NCBI GenBank assembly: GCA_963664405.1
Contig: OY761158.1
Coordinates: forward strand, 1,376,001-1,440,000
DNA from: Thermoanaerobaculia bacterium
Lineage (GTDB): Bacteria > Acidobacteriota > Thermoanaerobaculia > Multivoradales > Multivoraceae
Length of the DNA: 64,000 nucleotides
Direction of reading: 5' to 3'
The notes under the pieces are model-generated. The model saw only the letters and a program-made list of their open reading frames with translations, ran no database searches and was not told the DNA's origin. A program made the position numbers and the translations under genes. Positions 57,381 through 64,000 of the stretch are shown piece after piece. Each line of letters starts with the position of its first letter. Positions within the stretch are counted from its first letter, which is position 1.

Positions 57381-58520
57381 ATGTCTCGAGCTACGTCCCT
57401 TCTTAGTCTCGTTCTTCTCGTGAGCGCGGCTCCTCTCGCTGCCGAATCGGCTACCGTCCTCCACTTGGATCGCAGTGTCGAGATCGAGCGAACCCTCCCC
57501 GACCCAACCGATCTGTGGGTTCCACCCTCGGACCTCGAACGAGTCAGCGGCTTCGTCTTGAAGCCAGAGGGGGCCTGCCTGGACGATCTATGCGTGCCGG
57601 TGCGTCAGGACGGTGACAGCGACATCTTCGTTCGGCGTAGCGGCGAAGCCTGGCTCAACGTCACCGAGCTCGCGGATCGGCTGGAGCAGAAATACGCCTT
57701 CGACTCCGAGCACCGAGTGTGGAACTTTGGCGAAGTCCCCGCCACGCGTGCTGCCTTTCACGACCAAGCCATCGCACCCGACTTCTCACTCCCCGATCGC
57801 GAAGGCAACCTGGTTCGGCTCTCCGATTTTCGCGGTAAGAAAGTGATGATCCTCTCGTGGGCATCGTGGTGAGGATGCAGTCGTGACCTGCCAGGCTGGC
57901 AGGAAGTCTACGAAGATCTCGCAGATGAGGGGTTCGAGATCGTTGCCGTAGCTGAGGACACGGCCGGCGAGAGCGCGGCAGGGCCGTTTTACGACGCCGC
58001 TCGAGCCACTTTCACCACCCTCATCGACACTCATCACGCACTGAGCTCGCTCTACAACATGGTCAACGTGCCCACCGCCGTCTGGGTCGACGAAGAGGGC
58101 CGTATCCTCCGCCATGACGAAGACGCCTACTCGAAGTCCTACAAGGCCGGCCAGCTGACCTTCGGCAACGACATCTACCGTCCCGCTGTCTACGACTGGG
58201 TTCGCAAGGGCGCCGCCAGCCGCTACCTGCAGAGCCCGGAGGAGCTCCTTCGACAGATCCCGCGGCGCAGCGACGCCGAAGCTCTCGCCGAGCCCCTCTT
58301 TCGGCTCGGTGTCTACTTCTACCTCGAGGGAGAAAGCGAGCGGGCAAACAAATACTGGGATGAGGCTCAGGCTCTCAATCCAGCAAGCTGGAACTACCAC
58401 CGCCAGGATTGGTCCTTTCTCGCCCCGGCAGAGACCGGCAAGAACTGGATGAGCAAATTCCAGTCACTCGGCGACAAGCCCTACTACAGACCTCTCGAAC
58501 TGCCGGCGGGTGAAGAATAG
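57381..58520 (+). CDS. Secreted AhpC/TSA-TlpA-like redoxin selenoprotein (Sec at TGA 57870-57872)
   Basis: APDFSLPD...LSDFRGKKV..SWASW-TGA-GC, then an open frame through NVPTAVWVDEEG to 58520; SECIS-like hairpin 3' of the UGA. Confidence 0.85.
57885..57908 (+). promoter_or_regulatory. Candidate bacterial SECIS hairpin
   Basis: CCTGCCA-GGC-TGGCAGG with a G-initiated loop about 22 nt after the UGA. Confidence 0.65.
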
Positions 58521-58552
58521 GTCGAACCGTCCCCAAGGAGACAACAGAAAAT

Positions 58553-60304
58553 ATGGCCAACGACAACGAACGCACCCTCGAGACTAAAGGCGGCGAAGAA
58601 GCGTCGGTAACGACCAGCTCCGCCAAGACCACCACCAAGTCCACATCTGAGAGCACCACCCTTCGAGGCGGCACAGTCATCGCCAGAGCGCTCAAGGCCC
58701 AAGGCGTCGAGCACATGTTCGGGATCGTCGGCTACCCTGTATACGGTATCGCCTCTGCCGCACAGAAAGAGGGGATCCAGTATCTGGGCTTCCGGAACGA
58801 ACAGGCGGCAAGCTACGCAGCCGGAGCGGTCGGCTATCTCACCGGGAGACCCGGCGCCTGTCTCACCGTCTCCGGACCCGGCATGATCCACGGTCTCGCC
58901 GGCCTCGCCAATGCCCAGGTCAACTGCTGGCCGATGGTGCTACTCGGTGGTGCGAACGAAACCTTCCTCGACGGCCGCGGCGCGTTCCAGGACGCTCCCC
59001 AGGTCGAAGCTGCCAGGCCTTTCACCAAATACGCCGCTCGGCCGGACCGCCTCGAGCGGGTACCGTACTTCGTCGAGCAGGCCGTGCGCACCAGCATCTA
59101 CGGGCGCCCAGGGTCGGCCTATCTCGACTTCCCCAGCGACATGATCGCCGGCAACGCCGAAGAAGCGGATCTGAGCTTCCTGCCGCGCTGCCCAGAGCCC
59201 CCACGTAGCTGCGCCGACCCTGCCGATGTCTCTCGCGCTCTCGACAGTCTGAGAAGCGCGAAGCGGCCCCTGGTGATCGTCGGCAAGGGTGCCGCCTACG
59301 CGCACGCCGAGGCTCAGGTGCGAGCCTTCATCGACGCAACAGGGCTCCCCTTCCTAGCGACTCCCATGGGCAAAGGAGTTGTCCCCGACGAGAGCCCCCT
59401 GTCGGTCGCGGCAGCCCGCTCGTTCGCCTTAGAGAACGCCGACGTCATCCTGCTGATCGGTGCACGCCTCAACTGGATTCTCCACTTCGGCACACCGCCG
59501 CGCTTCGCTGACGATCTACGAGTCATCCAGATCGACATTGCCGCCGAGGAGATCGGCACCAATGTCGCGTCCGAAGTGGCGCTGGTCGGAGATGCCGAGC
59601 GGGTCACGGGGCAGCTCAACGCGGCTCTCGAAGCTGAGCCCTTCCGCTTCAATGACCAGGATGGCTGGCAGAGTGCTCTCGATGAGGCGGGAGCCCAGAA
59701 CACGGCCGCCGTCGAGGCGATGATGGCGGACGCGACCGAGCCCATGGGCTACTACCGTGCACTGCGGGAGATTCGCGACCGCATGCCCGAGGGCACGGTC
59801 ATGGTGTGCGAAGGCGCAAACACCATGGACATCTCTCGCACCGTGCTCACTAACAGCGAGCCCCGCACCCGCCTCGATGCCGGTACCTTCGGCACCATGG
59901 GAGTCGGCTGCGGCTTCGCCATCGCCGCTTCAGTCGTTCACCCACAGCAGCGCACGGTCTGCATTCAAGGTGACTCCGCCTTCGGCTTCAGTGGCATGGA
60001 GGTCGAGGTAGCCTGCCGCTACGGCCTACCGATCACGTTCATCGTGATCAACAACAACGGCATTGGCGGCGGCTTGAGCGAGCTCCCTCAGGGGCGTATC
60101 CCGGCCACGGTATTCACTCCCAACGCCCGCTACGAGCGCATCATCGAAGCCTTCGGCGGCGAGGGCTTCTATGTGGATTCGATCGCCGATCTGGGTCCGG
60201 CTCTAGACCGCGGCCTGGCCGCGGAAGGACCGAGCTTGGTCAACATCATGATCGACCCCAAGGCCGCACGTAAGCCCCAGAAGTTCGCGTGGCTTACGCG
60301 CTGA
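58553..60304 (+). CDS. TPP-dependent oxalyl-CoA decarboxylase / 2-hydroxyacyl-CoA lyase
   Basis: FRNEQAASYAA, GARLNWILHFG, EGANTMD, DAGTFGTMGVG, GDSAFGFSGME...NNNG. Confidence 0.88.
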   Translation: MANDNERTLETKGGEEASVTTSSAKTTTKSTSESTTLRGGTVIARALKAQGVEHMFGIVGYPVYGIASAAQKEGIQYLGFRNEQAASYAAGAVGYLTGRPGACLTVSGPGMIHGLAGLANAQVNCWPMVLLGGANETFLDGRGAFQDAPQVEAARPFTKYAARPDRLERVPYFVEQAVRTSIYGRPGSAYLDFPSDMIAGNAEEADLSFLPRCPEPPRSCADPADVSRALDSLRSAKRPLVIVGKGAAYAHAEAQVRAFIDATGLPFLATPMGKGVVPDESPLSVAAARSFALENADVILLIGARLNWILHFGTPPRFADDLRVIQIDIAAEEIGTNVASEVALVGDAERVTGQLNAALEAEPFRFNDQDGWQSALDEAGAQNTAAVEAMMADATEPMGYYRALREIRDRMPEGTVMVCEGANTMDISRTVLTNSEPRTRLDAGTFGTMGVGCGFAIAASVVHPQQRTVCIQGDSAFGFSGMEVEVACRYGLPITFIVINNNGIGGGLSELPQGRIPATVFTPNARYERIIEAFGGEGFYVDSIADLGPALDRGLAAEGPSLVNIMIDPKAARKPQKFAWLTR

Positions 60305-60309
60305 GGTGC

Positions 60310-60948
60310 GTGCTGGTACCGGCCTCGATCGCTGCGTTGGCAGTCTGCGGCGTGGCTCGCGGCCAAGAGTGGCAAAGAGGGGTAACGGTCGACCCGGACA
60401 GCGTCGAGGAGCTGACGGCGGCGGTGGTAGAGAACGCTGCAGGCTTTCACTTCGCCGTGGCGCGAGCGACGGCGAGTGAAAGAACCCTCGGGTTCTTCCG
60501 GCTGCCGGCGAGCGATCGCGACTTCCTCGACCCGCGCCGCCCGCTCACCGCACGCATCGACGAAGAGCCGGCCCGCCAGCTGGTGCGAGTGGCAGGAGGC
60601 CTCAAGTCGCTCAGCTTCCGTCTCTGGGACGGCCAGGGAGAGCCGGTGATCGGTCCGCTGCGAGAGCTCATGGAGGGGCGCGAGATCACCTTCGAATACC
60701 CTCTTCACGGTGGCGGTCACAAGAACGTCACCCTCCCCCTCCTCGGCGCGAAGGCCGTGATCGCCGACGTTCTCGGGGTGCAAGAGGAGATCGACACCAT
60801 CGCCCGCGATCTCGCTATGGCAAGAACCGAAGCAGTAGAAGGCTGCCTCGCTATCGCCAAGAAGAAAGCGCGAGAGAAATGTATGACCAGCCTCGTCGAG
60901 TGCAAAGACGCGGCGAGCGCTGACGAGCTTCAATCCTGTCTGGAGTAG
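60310..60948 (+). CDS. Secreted hypothetical protein with Cys-rich C-terminus
   Basis: Signal-like N-terminus and long ORF; start uncertain. Confidence 0.55.
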   Translation: MLVPASIAALAVCGVARGQEWQRGVTVDPDSVEELTAAVVENAAGFHFAVARATASERTLGFFRLPASDRDFLDPRRPLTARIDEEPARQLVRVAGGLKSLSFRLWDGQGEPVIGPLRELMEGREITFEYPLHGGGHKNVTLPLLGAKAVIADVLGVQEEIDTIARDLAMARTEAVEGCLAIAKKKAREKCMTSLVECKDAASADELQSCLE

Positions 60949-60950
60949 TC

Positions 60951-61823
60951 ATCTCCGAGGCACCCTCCAGCCCCTACCTCGTCGCACCGGGAGGTGAATT
61001 CCGGGTCGCCTCGGCTGCTACTGCGCCGCCCCCCGAAGTCGCGGAGAAAAAGCAGCTGCGCAAAGCCCTGCGCAAGAGCATCGAAGAGCTCGACGAGCTG
61101 CAACAGGTTCTCTACGCCGACGACCGCCACGCGGTCTTGGTGATCTTCCAAGCGATGGACGCGGCAGGCAAGGACGGAACCATCCGTGCCGTCATGAGCG
61201 GGGTCAATCCGGCGGGTTGTCAGGTCTCCTCCTTCAAGGCTCCGTCGTCTTCAGAGCTCGACCATGATTTCTTGTGGCGCAGCAGCCAGCGGCTCAGCGA
61301 GCGCGGACGCATCGGCATCTTCAACCGCAGCTATTACGAGGAGGTATTGGTGGTGCGGGTGCACCCTGGAATCCTCTCTTCTCAACGCCTTCCTTACCCA
61401 GTCGACGAAGCCAGCATCTGGGAAGACAGGCTCGCATCGATCCGCGACCACGAGCTCCACCTGGCCAGAAACGGCACTGTGATCCTGAAATTCTGGCTCA
61501 ATGTCTCGAAGGACGAGCAGCGTCAACGCTTTCTCGCCCGCCTCGACGAGCCCGACAAGAATTGGAAGTTCTCCGAAGGGGATATCAAGGAGCGAGGTTT
61601 CTGGGATCAATATATGGGAGCCTACGAGCACGCTCTCAACGCCACCTCGACGAGTTGGGCCCCCTGGTACGCGATCCCCGCCGACAACAAGGACTTCATG
61701 AGGTGCCAAGTGGCCGACATCTTGGTGCATACTCTGAGCAGCCTGGACCTACGCTACCCGCAGGTGTCTGAAGAGAGCCGCCTCAGGTTTGACGAAATGC
61801 GAGCGTTGCTCGAAAACGAATGA
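60951..61823 (+). CDS. ppk2: Polyphosphate kinase 2, class III-like (apparent ATC start)
   Basis: QAMDAAGKDGTI, ELDHDFLWR, IFNRSYYEEVLVVRVH, KNWKFS; the frame stays open with PPK2-like sequence back to ATC 60951 after GGAG. Confidence 0.88.
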   Translation: MSEAPSSPYLVAPGGEFRVASAATAPPPEVAEKKQLRKALRKSIEELDELQQVLYADDRHAVLVIFQAMDAAGKDGTIRAVMSGVNPAGCQVSSFKAPSSSELDHDFLWRSSQRLSERGRIGIFNRSYYEEVLVVRVHPGILSSQRLPYPVDEASIWEDRLASIRDHELHLARNGTVILKFWLNVSKDEQRQRFLARLDEPDKNWKFSEGDIKERGFWDQYMGAYEHALNATSTSWAPWYAIPADNKDFMRCQVADILVHTLSSLDLRYPQVSEESRLRFDEMRALLENE

Positions 61824-61833
61824 AGGAGTGGTA

Positions 61834-62679
61834 ATGCCGAAGCTCGATGGAAGAGTAGCGCTGGTGACCGGAGCCAGCCGTGGCATCGGTCGAAAGATAG
61901 CGAGGCTGTTCGCTGCCGAAGGCGCAAAGGTCGTGTGCACGGCTCGCACCGTGAGCGAAGGAACCCATCCGCTGGAAGGATCTCTAGAGACCACTGTAGG
62001 AGAGATCGAGGCGGCAGGCGGAGAGGCGGTCGCTGTCGCCTGCGACGTATCCGAGTACGGCAACTGCCAAAAGGCGGTCAGCGAGGCTCGGTCGAGCTAC
62101 GGCCCGATCGACGTGCTGGTCAACAATGCCGCCCTTACCTACTTCATCCCGATCCAGGACTTCCCGGTCAATAAGTGGCTGCGCTCGACAGCGGTCAACT
62201 TTCATGCCCCGTTCTATCTATCGCAACTGGTGCTGGAGGACATGCTGCCCCGCGGTAGCGGCGCAATCGTCAACATCTCGAGCGGCGCCGCCATCGGTCC
62301 TGGAAGAGGGCCTTACTCCGAGCCTCCGCCCCGCGGCGGCACCCTCTACGGTGCGGAGAAAGCTGCACTGGAGCGTTTCACCCAGGGCCTGGCCTCCGAG
62401 GTATTCGAGCATGGCATTTCGGTCACCTGCGTCAGTCCCTCCCAGGTTGTAGCGACACCGGGTGTCTTGCACCACAAGCTGGTCAAGAGCGTTGACGACC
62501 CCCGCGCGGAGCCCGAGGAGCTGATGGCAAAGGCTGCGCTACTGCTCGCGACCGAGCCGGTGGAGAGGGTTTCCGGCCGAGTCACCTACAGCCAGGAGAT
62601 CCTGGTAGAGATGGGCTGGATCGACGAGGGGCACGGCATCGGCTTCGACAGAGAAGGCTCCGGTTACTCCAAGAGCTGA
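61834..62679 (+). CDS. Short-chain dehydrogenase/reductase
   Basis: TGASRGIG, VNNAA, NISS, YGAEK. Confidence 0.92.
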   Translation: MPKLDGRVALVTGASRGIGRKIARLFAAEGAKVVCTARTVSEGTHPLEGSLETTVGEIEAAGGEAVAVACDVSEYGNCQKAVSEARSSYGPIDVLVNNAALTYFIPIQDFPVNKWLRSTAVNFHAPFYLSQLVLEDMLPRGSGAIVNISSGAAIGPGRGPYSEPPPRGGTLYGAEKAALERFTQGLASEVFEHGISVTCVSPSQVVATPGVLHHKLVKSVDDPRAEPEELMAKAALLLATEPVERVSGRVTYSQEILVEMGWIDEGHGIGFDREGSGYSKS

Positions 62680-62681
62680 GA

Positions 62682-64000
62682 TTAGCGGAGCTCTTTGCGA
62701 TCGCGGAACTCCTCCAGCGCCTCCGGATTGGCCAGGGCACCCAGATTCTTTACCGGGCTGCCGTTGACGACATCACGCACGGCGATCTCTGAGATCTTGC
62801 CGCTGCGGGTGCGGGGGATGTCGCTGACCGCGAGTATTCTCGCCGGAACATGCCGAGGAGAGGTACGCTCGCGGATCCTTTTCGCGATGTGCCCTGCCAG
62901 CTCTTCGTCCAGATCGAGACCCTCTCTGAGTTTGACGAAGAGAACCACTCTCACATCGCTCTCCCAAGACTGGCCCACCGCGATCGACTCGACGACCTCA
63001 TCGAGCGCCTCCACCTGACGATAGATCTCGGCAGTCCCGATCCGGACCCCGCCAGGGTTCAGCACCGCGTCGGAGCGTCCATAGATGACGAAGCTCCCTC
63101 GCTCGGTCTGGATGGTCCAGTCGCCATGGCACCACACTCCGGGGAAGCGCTCGAAGTAGGCGGCGGAGTATCGGGCGCCGTCGGCATCGTCCCAGAAACC
63201 GAGGGGCATCGACGGGAACGAGCGCGTGCACACCAGCTCCCCGGTCTCCCCTTCTACCGCCCTACCCTCATCGTCGAAGACCGCAACCGCCATTCCCAGA
63301 CCCGGGCTCTGAATCTCACCGCGGTAGACCGGGGCGGTCGGGTCGCCTAGCACGAAGCAAGAGATGATGTCGGTGCCGCCGGAGATCGAAGCGAGGTGAA
63401 GATCCGTCTTGATGTTGGAGTAGACATAGTCGTAGGCCTCGGGTGCCAGGGGTGAGCCGGTCGAGAGCATCGTCCGCAAAGGACCGAGATCGTGACTGGT
63501 GATGGGGGCGACTCCGGCTTTGGCACAAGCGTCGAGAAACTTCGCGGAGATGCCGAAAACCGAGACCTCCTCGCTCTCTGCCACGTCGAAGAGAGAGGTC
63601 GGCCCTGGATGGAAGGGTGAGCCGTCGTAGAGCACCAGAGTCGCACCAGAAGCAAGACCCGAGACCAGCCAGTTCCACATCATCCAACCGCAGGTGGTGA
63701 AATAGAAGAACCGGTCCCCTTGACGAAGATCGACATGGAGTCGATGCTCCTTCAGATGCTGGAGCAGTGTTCCTCCGGCGGAATGCACGATGCATTTGGG
63801 CTTACCGGTCGTTCCCGACGAAAAGAGGATGTACAGAGGGGCGTCGAAGGGAAGCTGAAGGAAGGAGGGCTCAGACTCGCGCCCTTCGAGCTCGTCCCCG
63901 AGGAGGGTCACCCGCGGATCGTCCTGAAGCTCAGGGACCCCGGCGCCGTAGGGGGCGACCAGGGCCTTCTCGACCGAAGGCAGCCCATCGAGCAGATCCG
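62682..64000 (-). CDS. Acetoacetate-CoA ligase, 5' end outside window
   Basis: [63 protein letters not shown]. Confidence 0.92.
   Translation of the reverse strand, partial: DLLDGLPSVEKALVAPYGAGVPELQDDPRVTLLGDELEGRESEPSFLQLPFDAPLYILFSSGTTGKPKCIVHSAGGTLLQHLKEHRLHVDLRQGDRFFYFTTCGWMMWNWLVSGLASGATLVLYDGSPFHPGPTSLFDVAESEEVSVFGISAKFLDACAKAGVAPITSHDLGPLRTMLSTGSPLAPEAYDYVYSNIKTDLHLASISGGTDIISCFVLGDPTAPVYRGEIQSPGLGMAVAVFDDEGRAVEGETGELVCTRSFPSMPLGFWDDADGARYSAAYFERFPGVWCHGDWTIQTERGSFVIYGRSDAVLNPGGVRIGTAEIYRQVEALDEVVESIAVGQSWESDVRVVLFVKLREGLDLDEELAGHIAKRIRERTSPRHVPARILAVSDIPRTRSGKISEIAVRDVVNGSPVKNLGALANPEALEEFRDRKELR

Noticed and set aside
1-64000. CRISPR array, tRNA, rRNA, transposase or integrase
   Set aside because: None recognised by eye. 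The three 50-bp-spaced 16-mers at 8126-8241 are too short and degenerate for CRISPR repeats and sit in a hipB promoter.

Overview
GC-rich bacterial chromosomal window. An Acidobacteriota/Thermoanaerobaculia-like origin is my impression only. It carries the nuoD'-EF-G-H-I part of a complex I operon plus a CBS gene, hipBA and vapBC toxin-antitoxin pairs, envelope-modification genes (GT-C/ArnT-like, AsnB, MBOAT+SGNH), HrpA, an orphan RND pump, two DUF3604-like lipoproteins and many catabolic enzymes. The most notable locus is a retron-type reverse transcriptase (NAxxH/YADD/VTG) fused to a trypsin-like serine protease, preceded by a structured candidate msr/msd ncRNA and located next to vapBC. Its ORF is split by one extra A in an A6 run. 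Also notable: a family of 166-bp CTAG-bounded hairpin elements with a conserved core but different, self-complementary arms (one copy sits between a ribosome-binding site and its ATG); a second repeated AT-rich hairpin; an unannotated UGA-readthrough selenoprotein with a SECIS-like hairpin; and three 50-bp-phased palindromic operators upstream of hipB. All product calls come from motif recognition by eye; no database searches were run.
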